Assembly (NCBI GenBank): GCA_965235115.1
Contig: OZ249436.1
Location: 59,148,001-59,212,000 of the forward strand
Source: Laetmonice hystrix
Taxonomy: Eukaryota
Direction: 5' to 3'
DNA: 64,000 bases
Shown one piece after another: positions 1 to 13,800 of the stretch. Position 1 is the stretch's first letter, and every line of letters begins with the position of its first letter. Both the position numbers and the translations under genes were made by a program. Below the pieces are notes generated by a model, which saw only the letters and a list, made by a program, of their open reading frames with translations, was not told the DNA's origin and did no database searches.

Positions 1-3000
1 TAACGATAAAGCTCAGACTCTCACTTTCATACTGGGTGATGAAAGCCCCTGCCCCTGTCAAGTCAAGCCGCTGTGCAGTATGACGCATCTTTAATTTGCC
101 ACCTCTAGCGCCTCATCCTTCAATCAGTGACTCTGATCTTGGTACTTGCCACATTATAACAAATCGTCGCCGGCAAGTGCCACCTCTGAACCCAAGAAGA
201 GATAGGTTGTGGTACGGCAGCGCCCGTAGACAATACACAATTACTGGGCGTCAACATGGGAACACAATAACGATTACGGGCCAAAGACATTTACAGAGGA
301 GGCATTTGTCTGAATTGATCCGGTCTGCATTCAGAGGTCAACCAAAGGAATCCGGCTTCATGGCCTTAAGCGGTGGGTGGGTGGGCGTGGCGGCGTGAGA
401 CGGGCCAATGTCCTGATGGTGGCCTGCGGGGGCGGGGGTGGGGGCAGCTCATACTTGGTCCACGACTTGAGTTGTCCTTCGGTAATGCGTACCAATGAGA
501 AGAGGATATGGCGCCCATGCGCCCGTCACGGGGGCACCCCCCCCCCCCCCCCCTTGTGATTGGGCGAGTTTTGGAAAATGGATTGAAAAAGACGTATTTT
601 AAAACACAAACTATACAAGTCTCAAAGGTGTTGTAATTATCTTTGGCAGATTTACTACAAGGGAGATCGTGCTTCAGTAGGCTTCATGATCTCCAACCTC
701 GAGCTTGCTTTCTTAAAATCGCCTATATAGTAGGCAGCTTTTGTCGCCGAGATAAGGGCTCCTTGAATTAGCGGCGACTGGTGGTCAAGTTGTGACAACA
801 AATCGTCCCAAACGCTATACACTACAGGCGACATGGGTCGTGGCGATCATGCTGTTGCCTGCGATCAGTGTGGGTTTTCCCTCCCTTTAATTATCGCGAG
901 ACAGGGCCCAAAAAACTATATATGCCCATGCCTTCTCTTTGGCCCCGACGTCACGCTCAACTTTTCATAGGCGCTTCTGTTCGCGCGACTCGGTCGCGGC
1001 AACCAAAGTTGCCGATAAGTTTAGATGTTTTGTGCCCCCCAAATTGTTCGTTTATTGTCTTTTCATTGAAACAAAATTGTGCGTTAACGCGGCTTTTTAT
1101 TTTATTGTTTGTGTTGTTGTTTTTTTCTTTTTGTCCCGACGGAAGCCGACATTGACCATTGTTGTTAAATACGCTACATGAAAACATATTGAGGAAAACT
1201 TAACTAGTGCAATAAGTTAGAGCATGCGGTTTGACTGGCTGCTTTCCATAGATCTGGGGGTCGGGGGCATATTCCATTCCCATTCACTAACAGAAAAATC
1301 ATACTAGTAGTTTACGTTACTTGCTCTCTGAGTGACGAGTATACTGATATTACTATCATGATACAACTAATACACCATAGACTCAATACATTGTTAGAAA
1401 TCTAAGTCGGTTCCTTCCCGAAGAAAAACTGACTGTTATCCTCATCATATATATTGAAGCTTATTATCAGCCTGCCTTATTACCTATACATGTACTCAGT
1501 TTATTTGAGATTATACTGTTTATTAATCTAAGCCAAGCTTCAATATAGATGATGATGATGCGATTTGAAGGCGAGACGCTGTCCACAAGTACTTGACGAG
1601 GAGAAAACAACCTTGAATGACACCTCAGCATGTTAATCACATCATCGTGCATGAATGCAGTACTTTATGTGGAGAGGCAGACAAGGTCAGACTAGTCAAT
1701 TACTTCAAGGAGCTTTAAACCACAAATTCTTCCTCAGATTGACTCGCCTGTTCAAGGGTACTCACTTAAGTACGGAAATCCATTACCTAAAAATGCAAGA
1801 ACAAAGAGTTGTTTTCATCGACGGAAATATGATCTTTCAGGTGATCCATCACGCCTAATCTTATCTCTCTGGGTGCATCTGACATTCGATCGAGAATTTC
1901 ACGAGGGCAAAATTTATCTTTTAGGAGGCGCCATGAAAACCGGAAAAAGCCAGCGGATTTGTAATCTGAGACACCTTATTCTTGGTTAATCTTGCGGAGA
2001 CAGTCGCAAGAGGAGGCAGTCGTCCCATCAGAGATTTTAGTTTTTCTTCACACTCATTGGCTGTCTGCATCCTGACACACTCTTGTTTCGCATACACCCC
2101 AGTTGCAGCAAGCCTTGCTATCTTGAGGGACGTTTGTGTTGCCATTGGCTGGCATAGATTAATGAAACCAAGTCACCAACGTGATTATTTTTGTTGTCAA
2201 CTAGATGTAAAGTATGTTCATCCATATCGTCCCTATTCTTCTTTCTTCCTTTGTCCGCGCTGTGTGCATTATCCCAGGGGTAAGGACATCATATAAAATA
2301 CAGAATACAGCTTCAAATGTACATTAAGAATTCACCTTCGAATCAGGGAAGCAGTTTAGAACAAATGCAAGTACATTGCAGAGATACTGACCCAAAATGT
2401 ACTGCAACCAATTAACCAATGAATAATACAACGATCGTAATTGCTGCCAACGTTGATGGTTCCCACCGTAATTGCGCCCGACAATTTAAAAAATGGGTAT
2501 CATCTCTAGTTCACATATAATTTGTTTCCGATTTTAAATTTCAGTGATCTCATTAAGAGAATAGTTGTATTATGAGCTACAAGAAGTGATCTGACCCACT
2601 TGACCTCGCTCAATTAACATCTACCTAAATTCGCCCGAAGCAGTAAGCTAGGTTCCTTTTTAATGCCAGTTGGTTAATCTGCTCCATTCTTATTCGGCAA
2701 AGTTTGACATTACGTCATACGGTAACATACGTAAACTAAGAAATGTTGTACAAAAAAGCGTCCAGTTATTTCTTATGCTGAAAGTACGCTTTAAGTTTGT
2801 AATGCGATAGAGCTAGACCGGCGGGACGGCGCTACTTGGTGCCTCCTAAAACAAAGTCAACCACTTCTGTTACGGTTAGCCCCTAGACAATTAGCAGATT
2901 CTTGTCATCTTCCACTGCACCTGACAGGAACCATATAAAATCTGCGGCGCCACTTCAGAGCTTAAAACTGCAACTCAAACCGACCCGTATTCTCGAGATA

Positions 3001-3872
3001 TCAAATTATCACCTAACTTCAACATACCATATCCTTGTTGCCAGTGTATGTGACTTGCCATTCTCTGATAACTGTAAAATGCATTAGTTCATATCATTTA
3101 TACATTTATTAATGTAATTCAAGCAAGGTGTAGAATGAATGCAGGAACCCTGTTGATCTTTATCACCCAAATGTTAATACTTGGGTGGCCCCGACTTGTT
3201 AATGCCTCCTGGGATATTAATTAGGAACTTTCCAAGTCATGACACGAGTAATTTGCCATGGTTGAATGAGTCCGGGGGTGAGCGGTTTCCACATCTATAC
3301 CAGATCTCCCTGAGTCATGACCACCCCCCCCCCTCCCAAGGGGTGTGAGTGGGTGTCCGGGGACACCCCGCGGGGGTGGGCGGTGACCTAGCGTCCTGAG
3401 GGCCGAGGGGCTGGTCAAAGGTCCAGCTCATGGGACCACTGCAAAGACGGGCTACGATTGCGTGCTACTCTTAACGGCCTGGTGACAACGGCCCACGGTG
3501 GACAATGAACGTGCTGATGTTAAAGAAGACACTTGTGTGGATCAGAAAGATCCGTAGATATCCGAGCGGACCGGATTGTCGTGCCATTAACACCGCACAT
3601 CTCGGCTGAACAAATGGCGCGCGTGTAATTGGATGACTTTGGGTGACCAGATGGGGCGCAGATAGTGTAGATCTACAGTCATCTTCTCTCTCAGCCCCAC
3701 TGCCCACACAGATGGCCCGCCTCTAAACAACAACTAAATGAGACCTGCTGATCGAGTTGGGGACAGGTCAGTCACTAAAAGTGGCAGCAATGAAATCATT
3801 GTGACCTGATCAAAAGTCACATCCGATTAAGTGTTGTGGAGACCGATACGGTGCCACCCGGAATTGACTCAC

Positions 3873-4476
3873 ATCTAGTGTTGTCAATGGCGTGCGTGTA
3901 GGCCTACGAGTACGCATGGAGGAAGTTTTGTCAATGGCGTGTGTGTAGGCCTACGAGTACGCATGGAGGACAGGTCTGATCTAGTGTTGTCAATGGCGTG
4001 CGTGTAGGCCTACGAGTACGCATGGAGGACAGGTCTGATCTAGTGTTGTCAATGGCGTGTGTGTAGGCCTACGAGTACGCATGGAGGAAGTTTTGTCAAT
4101 GGCGTGTGTGTAGGCCTACGAGTACGCATGGAGGACGGGTCTGATCTAGTGTTGTCAATGGCGTGTGTGTAGGCCTACAAGCACGCATGGAGGAAGTTTT
4201 GTCAATGGCGTGTGTGTAGGCCTACGAGTACGCATGGAGGACGGGTCTGATCTAGTGTTGTCAATGGCGTGTGTGTAGGCCTACGAGTACGCATGGAGGA
4301 CAGGTCTGATCTAGTGTTGTCAATGGCGTGTGTGTAGGCCTACGAGTACGCATGGAGGACAGGTCTGATCTAGTGTTGTCAATGGCGTGTGTGTAGGCCT
4401 ACGAGTACGCATGGAGGACGGGTCTGATCTAGTGTTGTCAATGGCGTGTGTGTAGGCCTACGAGTACGCATGGAGG
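3873..4476. repeat. Minisatellite, 11 copies of a shared core, units of 59 or 47 bp
   Basis: The core TTGTCAATGGCGTGYGTGTAGGCCTACGAGTACGCATGGAGGA occurs 11 times. It is joined by a long linker (CRGGTCTGATCTAGTG, 7x, 59-bp unit) or a short one (AGTT, 3x, 47-bp unit). 7x59+3x47=554 matches the first-to-last core distance (3899 to 4453). Confidence 0.97.
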
Positions 4477-7400
4477 CCTGCATCCGGTCGCCATGGAAGA
4501 TTATTGTGATGTGTGCCACATACACATGCATCACTAGTACGTGTCACTATGTCCGGAACTGTCTGTTCCCTTGTTTACTTACATTCCTGTTTCAGGAAGT
4601 GTTCCTTATACAAGTGGGAAAGCCATTTTTCCAATATAAAAACAAAACGTCTTCAGTGTCAAATGTTCTGGCCTGTGGGATTCTATATTTTTGAGTGGAC
4701 TTGGCATTAAGTATTAACAAATGACTACTGAGACAAAAACCATAATTCCAAATAATTACTCTGTCATTATGCATGCGCGATAACAATTCAATACTTTTTA
4801 CAAATTAATAACCATTCATGACAATAAAGGGCTATCTGGAGTAATGGACCATGAAAATGAGTTGTGGATGGAAATAAAAAGCAGGCATTCCTAAATAACT
4901 TTGCAAAGTATGTCAAATGACTCATTTCAGCTGTCAAACTGGTGGAAACCGTAAATAATATGGAATTTTGTGCAAACAAAATTGCTTTCTGGTGCACGCA
5001 GTCTTCATGGCGTGGAGCATGGCGGTGTATGATGCATGGTATCACTGTCATGCACCAATCATATTGCGTGCCGCCACACCCACTGCTGCGGCCAGATTAA
5101 GGCACTATTAATTACTCTGTTAAACAGAGAGATAGCAATGGATGGGATTAATCACTGCCCACAGACAGATGACATAACTAATTATGGGGGATAGTTCGAT
5201 TCCAGGCAATGTAGGGACTGGCAATTAGGATTGAACAAATTGACAAAGATTCAGCAGCAGCAGCAGCGCCATCATCATTGGGGTGACATGATGCTTGACT
5301 GCATGCATGATCTCCTACCATGACTGAACCCCTCACTTGAAGTTGGCTTCAAAACGCTGCATGCCGTCACACTGCTGTGGACTGATGCCATTATGGTGCA
5401 TGTGACACGCCGCACAAGATACGACGGCGGGTATACAGAATATCAGATGTCAACTCAACAATTGTTTTACACTCAGAGCTTAGATAATTCTGATTGAGGC
5501 CTACACTAAAGTCTCCTACTCCAAATCCCCCCCCCCCCCACACACACACCATACTAACCCCATCGACGTCTCCCCCTCCCACCCATAGCTATCCGCTCCT
5601 TCCACCCCCACCTTCTTTTTCTATTCGTGATCTTTTACAGCAAGCCTGGTCGATCGTCTTACCCTTCGTCTGATCACCCCCGGGGTGCAACGGATGTGTT
5701 AATCAAAAAGTTAGAAATATAAGAAATACAAATTAAAACTCTAATTAGATAAGGGACTGATGGCATTTGATAATTGATTACTTTTCCCGCCATGACTTAA
5801 GAACTCTAAACAAACACAGACATAATAAAATATCTGTTTGCATAGCTGACAGAATAGCTGTAAATCTGCACCAGGCAACCTAGAGATTTGCATTACGTTT
5901 CCCGAGATCGCTCATGAAAGGAAATGATCACCTCTGTGCAAATGTTTGGCTTTTGGCAACATTACGGCTTGAAATCCAATTCCATTTGTTTTAGTTCAGC
6001 AACGAATGAAAGTTGCGGACTGGAATGCCATTATCCAATCACGAGCCAGGTGAGAATGACCCAATAACACGCTTCGAACGTGTCTCCATCGTCCAATAAA
6101 AAAAATGCTAATAAAACCCGAAATATTTCACATCAATGACATGTTTTTGTGAGTCCGCAAGGACAGGTTTTAATTCGGCAGGAGTAGAGTGATGCCTGGT
6201 TAATTCCACTATCCGTCCTATTAATTTAAATCACCGACAATGAATGTAAAACAGTCGTGGCGCATCTTTTCTATAGGGTATTGCTTCAACTCATCCATTA
6301 TTAATATCAGCCAATCAGGCGAGTTTCGTATTTTTCGGAATATACACAATTTACTCAAATAGCAAACTACATTTACATACCACACGCTATTCTAATGTAT
6401 AAGAGCGATTCATTAAACCTAACGTAGACCAATGGACCTATGCACTGTTATATTCTTATATTTAAAGGCGCTCATTAGGATGTACCAATTTGCCGAACTC
6501 AGACATATATATTCACCTTACATGTGTCTCAGGGTGGTCAAATAAGTACTCATGTGAACAAATTTGTGACATCTGACTTAATGACTTAATTCCAATTCGT
6601 AGGTATGCAGTGAGTCTAAATCTATAGGACCAAACGCATAGCTAATGAGGTTCTAGGTCCGGCCATTCCTGTCTCCTCTGAGTGACGGCGTCTGGCACCA
6701 CCCCGTATACAACTACATCGAGTGGCAAATGGAGCGGAAGGAAGTTGCTCAATCTCCAAGCACTTCTGCTTCCGTTCAGTTGGCCAGCGTCAACGGAGTG
6801 ACCGATCTCTGCTTGGAGCGTGGCCCACATGGCCATGCGTGATGCAGACCGTAGCCTGGCGTAGGGACCGATGAATATGTCTACATCCAGAAAAGCGAGG
6901 ACCTTTAACGATTCTCGCAGTGTGCAGACCTCCACGTTCTGTCTTGGTTCTCGTGTTGTGATCTGGGGTCACACGCTGAAAACTAAGTTTAAACCCTCAG
7001 ACAACTTGCAGCTAGCCATCCACTAATGTTTCTTTTCAGTAGACAGTGCCTTCCCCACAGCTGCCAGCTAGCATACCGCACCGTTAGAACTAGATGAGAT
7101 TATCATGTAAGGCAAGGTGTGCGTCTTTCCTGTGTCCTTATGATGCTCCGTTACACAGCCAGACCATTAGGGTCCCATCGGTTTATGTGGGTAAGCAGCG
7201 GAAAGATGAAGGACCTATATCAATGGTGGGTGGGTCTCGACCACTGGTCACACAGGTCACACAAGCCGGGCAGCATTGGCCACCAGCTGCACCTGCCTAA
7301 CTTTTCTACACGATGACTGTCTCCAAACTGCCTTTCAGGTTACATTGGCCAGTCCTTCAGATGATTCCCAATGGCATGAGGGAAGCACTCTCTTTGACGC

Positions 7401-8264
7401 TTTGTCGAGGCAACCCCTTCTAATCAACAAGAGCCATGATGAAAATTGATATCTTTGTGAACGTTAACGTTTCTCTACGTTTTTAGATGTCTGTATCCCC
7501 GCCCTTCAAAACGCCTCTTCCTCACAATAACGTACACGTAATACCGTAAACCAAGATTAAAACCTCATAAAGAACTCCAACGCTTTGAATCCACATTCCT
7601 AATTTTACTGATGGGGTAAAAAAATCATCATTCCATTGTCTCCTGCTGTCCTGGCCCGATAATTACTGGCGTGTAAGGGGAATTTTCACTTTTTTAGCCA
7701 CAGTAACTGAAGTTCCCCCACCTCCTGTTGACACTTGTTCTTTCACATTTTGTTGATCTAATATTTTATCATCCCCTCCTGCACCTGACCAACAGTTTAT
7801 GATACAAATCTCCTTTGCAGATAAACAAAGTATTTTAAACTAATTCTTTGCTAAACGTCTTTGCATTGTTGACATCTTGGATCGGAATATTTTAAATATT
7901 CCAACTACTTCCCAATCCCCGCTTAAACTGAAGGCCACGAACCACTGTGCGGTTTTTCCGTGTGATTCTGTTGTTGTAGACCAACAAAGTGGGATAAATC
8001 ACAATTTGCTTACAATTAAAAAGATTATACTACACGACTACAAGCATCTAATAAAAAAATACAATATTACCTTTCCCCCTAACAGCGGCCTTTCATTAAC
8101 ATCCAATTGGTGTGGTAACTTGAGTGGGTTCTCCACTCTCGCATATCATACAAACCGGAAGGCATTGTTTACCCTGCCACGAGTAGGCCCCCTACAGATA
8201 TCTCTGTATATGTAAACGGTCCATGTGTATCGTTGTGTCAGCACGACCCTCTCAGGTCACCAGG

Positions 8265-8561
8265 AAAACAGGCCTTGTGTCTCGGACTCTGAGCAGTCAG
8301 ATAACAATACTTGATGATACCTTAAAACAGGCCCTGTGTGTCTCGGACTCTGAGCAGTCAGATAACAATACTTGATGATACCTTAAAACAGGCCCTGTGT
8401 CTCGGACTCTGAGCAGTCAGATAACAATACTTGATGATACCTTAAAACAGGCCCTCTGTCTCGGACTCTGAGCAGTCAGATAACAATACTTGGTGATACC
8501 TTAAAACAGGCCCTGTGTCTCGGACTCTGAGCAGTCAGATAACAATACTTGATGATACCTT
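8265..8561. repeat. Minisatellite, 5 x 59 bp
   Basis: The unit AAAACAGGCCCTGTGTCTCGGACTCTGAGCAGTCAGATAACAATACTTGATGATACCTT is present in 5 near-identical head-to-tail copies; one has an extra GT. Confidence 0.97.
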
Positions 8562-9739
8562 TTATCCAACCACAGCTCATGTATCATGCAATCATAAGTT
8601 GTGATCTAATTTCTCTGGAGCTTGAGATCACAGCTGACTTAAATGGCTACACAGGGTTAAAAGATAGCGAAGATGAGCGTAGAGCTGAGGATTACTGCCT
8701 CATCTAACCGCATCTACAAGAAATTTCTATGACGAACTGAATCCAACTTAAGTGGTTAGCTTTCTTGCTAAATCTTCGGATTTAATGACAGATTCAGGTG
8801 TGAAAAGACCTAATTTTGAATAGAGTACGATGTCAGCGCTTTGGTTCTGTCTATCAACTAATAGCTGCAGAGAGGTGAGAGATAGCTAGCACAAACCTGA
8901 CTATTCCCCATCAGTTCACATTGAGAGCACATTAACACAGTAATGAAAAAATACAACCGAGCCCTGCCCCAACAATCATAAAATTATAGATAAAATAAAA
9001 CCCAGCATACTAACACAGTCACAACCACGGTTAACACCAGGCTGTTGTCATGGAGACCTAGTCTTCAGGGACACTGTAAATAACCTGAATGCCCTGGGCT
9101 TTTAAGCGCACTGCTCCCTATGGGACAGCAACTTACGGCATGTCGATCGCTAGAGCATCAAGTGGATTTGTCGAGATAATCTCCTTTCAGGGATCATCCC
9201 TGATGTTTGATGGACAGTAGACGGATGTTTGGTCGTCGATCGATCCCGCACATAGATGAGCCTTCCTCACAAGTGCTTGTCGATATCTTTAGCAAAATAT
9301 TCTGCCACCACCATATAGAGGCGGTTAAGATTTAACCACAGTCTAAACCGTTTAATCAATTTCACGGGAGTCGAGAAGAACGATGTGATTCGGCCGACTT
9401 AACAAGTCAGGGGACAAGAAGTAGGCCTATGTTTCAGTATAAGTAGAGACATATTTATCATGGATGTATCCTTCTCAATGGTTCTGGTATTCACTATAAA
9501 ACAATACGTTGGAGATTACTAATACTGGCAGTGCATGAGTGCCCCATCTACCCATCCAATACTGACCACAACCACATGTGCCCTGGCCGGGAGACGGCTG
9601 GAGCAGCCAAACGCTGGATTACTACAATCTATAACTCGTCTGATTTACTTGTGGCGGCTTGTATAGAAAACAATTGTCAAAAAATACAGCTATATCATCT
9701 TCCGTGTCTGCATGTCAGCAAAATTACATTCCTAGACCA

Positions 9740-9807
9740 GGCCCTACCCCAATCTAATTAAAATTAGATCTTGGTATTCCGCGTTTTAATTAGATTGGGC
9801 CCTACCC
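9740..9807. repeat. 48-bp foldback insert flanked by 10-bp direct repeats
   Basis: GGCCCTACCC at 9740-9749 and 9798-9807 flanks 9750-9797, whose ends form a perfect 14-bp inverted repeat (CAATCTAATTAAAA / TTTTAATTAGATTG). Confidence 0.85.
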
Positions 9808-10767
9808 CTAAAAATAGAGGGAAAATAAAACACACATATACACGCACGTAGACCTACAGGTGACAGCCTACCTTCCCCGAGTACAGTTGGCGCCGTTGCT
9901 TTTTTCTGGTTTCAACTTCCACGAACTCATAAACTGAGCAGAGCTATCTTACCTTTATAGCCATCCGTACCTGTCATATAGTAACTTGATGCCACGGTAT
10001 TGCGTGTCTCTGCGCAGGCGATAAGCAATCACGGGCGCTTTGTGCCAACGCACTGCAACTGTACCTCTCTACATTACATATCCATGCACGGTATCATGAT
10101 CTAATCCCAATCGTCCGACAATCTTGCCAGAATTATGTCAGTTTCACAGTCATGATCTCATCTCTACTTATTTCAGCAGTCTAGCCTTGGAATGAAATGG
10201 ACAAAATCATTATGACTTAAATTTTAGCCATTGGCGCCAAGTACTTGGATATAGAGTGTCATCTCACCCAATAGGGGGGGGGGGGGGGGCACTTGGCTCC
10301 CGGGGCACCCTCATAAAGCGATTGTGCACCAGCGTTTTGTGCAGTGTCATACACCTTGCCATGTTCCGGCATGCTGGACCCTATTTGATGGCCCCACCCC
10401 CAATCATCATGTATCAACGTAAAGGGGAGGGAGGCTGTGCCTGGCGGGCTGACAGGGCCGTCGGGATGCCGACTGGGGCGGTCAGTAGGGTGGCCTTTGA
10501 TAGGTGGATCTTCTCGTCAGAACGCAGCGGTGGCCTGTTTGAGATGCCTTCCATCGGTGGGGACTGGTCGACAGACTCCCTCTGACGCCGCGGTATACGG
10601 CAGGGACAAGGCAATTCACTGTTGCTGGATGCAATCAGACCAGATTTTCACATTATGTAACTAACAGACTCGGGGTAATTACGTCATCTGTTGTGCAATT
10701 CGTTACAATTATTGCGTAACAGCAAATTAGCGTCCTCCTATTGCGAAACAGAGCCCTCTGTTACCCT

Positions 10768-10800
10768 GTTAAGGGTATGCAACCATGGCATACCCTTAAC
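10768..10800. repeat. Perfect hairpin (13-bp arms, 7-nt loop)
   Basis: GTTAAGGGTATGC-AACCATG-GCATACCCTTAAC, running into CCCTTAA repeats. Confidence 0.85.
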
Positions 10801-13800
10801 CCTTAACCCTTCGAACAAACTGGGGAATATCGTTGGCCTGTGGTGGGGGGCGGGGGTGGTAGGGCGAGTCGATAAAGTGACATTATACTTTTCGGTTTTG
10901 GAAATTTGAGGAATAGTAAAAAGGAAGAAAACATTACCAATAGGCGTTGTATTTAACTGCCATAGGAGACGTACAATGGGATATAGGCCTATATATAGCT
11001 AGAGCATATGGGAAATTGAGATTATTCTATATTTGATATACGAAATCTATGCTGGTTTCTTTTTCTAGAACTTCTAGTAGAAGCTGACGATATCCTGAGC
11101 TAGATATGGAGTAAGCGAACAATCAGTTTTTTATTTGATACAAAGCATCCACGGAGGGAGGAATATCTCCGCTGTCTGATTCTAAACGTCTCCCGTACAC
11201 CAAGGAAAGTGTGCGGGCGAGGCGAGCATGTCTGAGCGGACAACGAGCCGAGTCGATCACGGTCGGTGGCCATGTAGTGACCACATCTCGGCCACAATCA
11301 TCCTGCCCACTCTAACCACATCACGGTTCAATGTGGGCTTCAGGTTCCTATGATTGGCTGCTACAAAACTGACATTTTCTGTGGGAGAAACGCTAAATTT
11401 GCCCAGCTCCCCATCTAATGATGAGAACAAGTCGGGAGGCCCTGCCAGTGTGTTGTCACAAGATGGGACACTGGGCTGACCGTTTGCGCTGGGTTATAAC
11501 GGTGCGGTGGGGGAGGGCCGGGGTGTGGGTAAGATAGAGAAAAGGAGTTGGACGCGGGCGGCTGGCTGCCTGGAGCTCCTCTCACCATTGAGTAGTGTGG
11601 GCGAGGTTGATCAAGGATGCTTGGCCACAAGACGGCAATGCTCCCTTCAGAAGCAAAGGTCATCGAAAGGGTGTGGACTGAATGACATCCTAATCAAGGC
11701 CGGCTGAAGTCTCCGCTCCAGACACTGAACCACAGCAAGGTCTGATCTTTGGGACAAGAGGTCATTCTTGAGAATTATTTACTCCTTCAGCAACTCTCCA
11801 GCTTAGTGTTTATGGGACATACTTAACAGTTGGATCACAACCTATTTTGAATGAAGACTATACCAGACTGATGAGCAATAGAAAGGCATGTTCCGATGAC
11901 ACGGACGCTATATTTTAAATCAAAACTTTACACTGGTGCAACATATAGATCATCCCTGACAGTCCGATATGAATAATGAAAACTGATCAATCATTGAGTA
12001 TGTGATGACCTGAAGCTAAGCCTGGAATGTTGCCATGTTTTAAACGACATAAGAGCCATGGGTACGGAGACAGCAGTGTCAGTTCTTTCGACGTGTTGAG
12101 TACTGTAAAACAGGGAATCTCCGAGGCATTTTTATCATGTTCATAAGTATTCATGTTTTGCTTGTCTTTACGAAAGTCAAACTCTCTTGGTATGGAAACA
12201 TTAGACTTTGGCTAATTCAAAGGTGACCATTCAAATTTAATGAACATTTTTAAAACGTATTTTTGGTGGGGATAATGATAGATTACCAAGTAATTAAGAA
12301 AGGTAGCCCTGTTTAAAATATAGGAGCGCTTCCCCTTCGTCTTTTACATACTTGGATGAACCCAGTGACATTTCCTACAAGAAGTGAATTTAGTGTGCAG
12401 AACAAACTTGTAGTAGAGACGACGATTCACACCTTTAATGTGAGTCTGGAACAGTTGGACAAAACCGCCTCTTGGTGGGGATATCCAGGCAACAGTTGAC
12501 TAGCAAATCCGCTATGTCACCATAGACACTGTAGTTTACTATGGCACGCTCTTCAAACACATAGTGAAGCAGCTCTCGGTTTTTCAAGGCTAGTGACCTT
12601 CAGTTCAGTTTTTTTTCTAAAACTTTAAGGGTTCAGCGATCAGATCGGGACATTGACAGGTACACCATCAATCTATAGTCTTAAAAAAAGGAATCGGAAA
12701 CAAGGTCGATTCTGCCTAGTATATGAAGCCGTATCGGAAGAGGTATCTTAAGTCACTTTGATCGTCCAGATTAATCAATGACTCTATTCATTGACAAAGA
12801 CAAGAGAATGCCTATAACGTTCATGTTACAATACGACTTGGCCACCTCTGGTCACCTTTAACCCTAATCATGAAAGAGCGTCCTTTCAACCTACGGAAAT
12901 GGTTCATCTTACCTTCGACCTCGAACACGTCACATGTAGACGTCAAAATGAAGAAGAAACGAATACTGTACACATACCTGCAAAATATAAAAGTGAAGCA
13001 ATCATATTACAATTGTCAACAATCAATCTTTTTACGATTTTGGTAATTCATTATCTCTCGAGGATACATCTAAGACATTATAGATTCTGCGGCTCAGACA
13101 ATGAATAAAACTGCAGTGGTCCCGAACATGGTGGAGATAACTCTATCTCGAACGTCGTGGTTACAGTCAGGTTAGCAATTCCCCGGAACATGAAAGGTAG
13201 AATTACGGAAATTTTCCTGACAGAAAAACGATGCAGTGCTCAAGCATATCCAATAAAGACAGTATCGTGGTACAATAGGAATAATATCTAGAAAATAAGG
13301 CTTGTGTAGAACGTGAATGCCCATGAACAAAGAGCATATCTCAAAGAAGAACCTTTGTCGTCCATACAAGGTATTTATTACGGTACCCATCAGTGACATA
13401 AAACTACCATCATCTTTGATCAAAGACTTGTCCATTTACAAACAAGAGTCAGGAACTTTATTAGCGGTACTGTTGATGAGTAAGTGTTCACAAGTTTCTC
13501 TAACTATAGGCCTATTCTGTGTAACAATCACAAATCTTGATGTGCAGGTTTTCTTCGTGCCAACTGTTCCGTCTTCAACCCATAAAGATCAGCAAGATAT
13601 GACAGTGATTGTATCTTGAATCATCGTTCCAGATCAGGAAGCAGCAAAATAATGTTCTACATCATTACCAGATACATGCTCTGTACAAAATGCTGCTCCC
13701 GACAAAATTAATGAAGAATTTCCCTCCTTAAGACTGACGTAAAATAGTTCATCTGTAATATTTAATTACTCTGATTAGACCTTGACGTACTTAATTGATA

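Noticed and set aside
1790-1940. BEL/Pao gag-like phrase SWRLLKDKF on the minus strand
   Set aside because: One short motif in a frame with several stops; no protease, RT or LTR nearby.
3873-4476. CRISPR array (also considered for 37643-38390, 8265-8561, 28144-29452 and 60135-61087)
   Set aside because: Intervening sequences are not unique spacers but one or two recurring linkers; no cas genes; eukaryotic context.
5194-5203. Pol III B-box GTTCGATTCC (tRNA or SINE)
   Set aside because: No A-box at the right distance and no cloverleaf.
8265-8561. Link between the two 59-bp-unit arrays
   Set aside because: The units share no meaningful sequence similarity; the equal length is treated as coincidence.
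12221-12857. Second Kolobok-like element
   Set aside because: Only a 9-bp inverted match (AGGTGACCA), and the left flank is TCAA rather than TTAA; could be chance.
13499-13516. LINE RT motif SNYRPI
   Set aside because: It is produced by the abundant TAGGCCTA octamer; the surrounding frame has stops and no other RT motifs.
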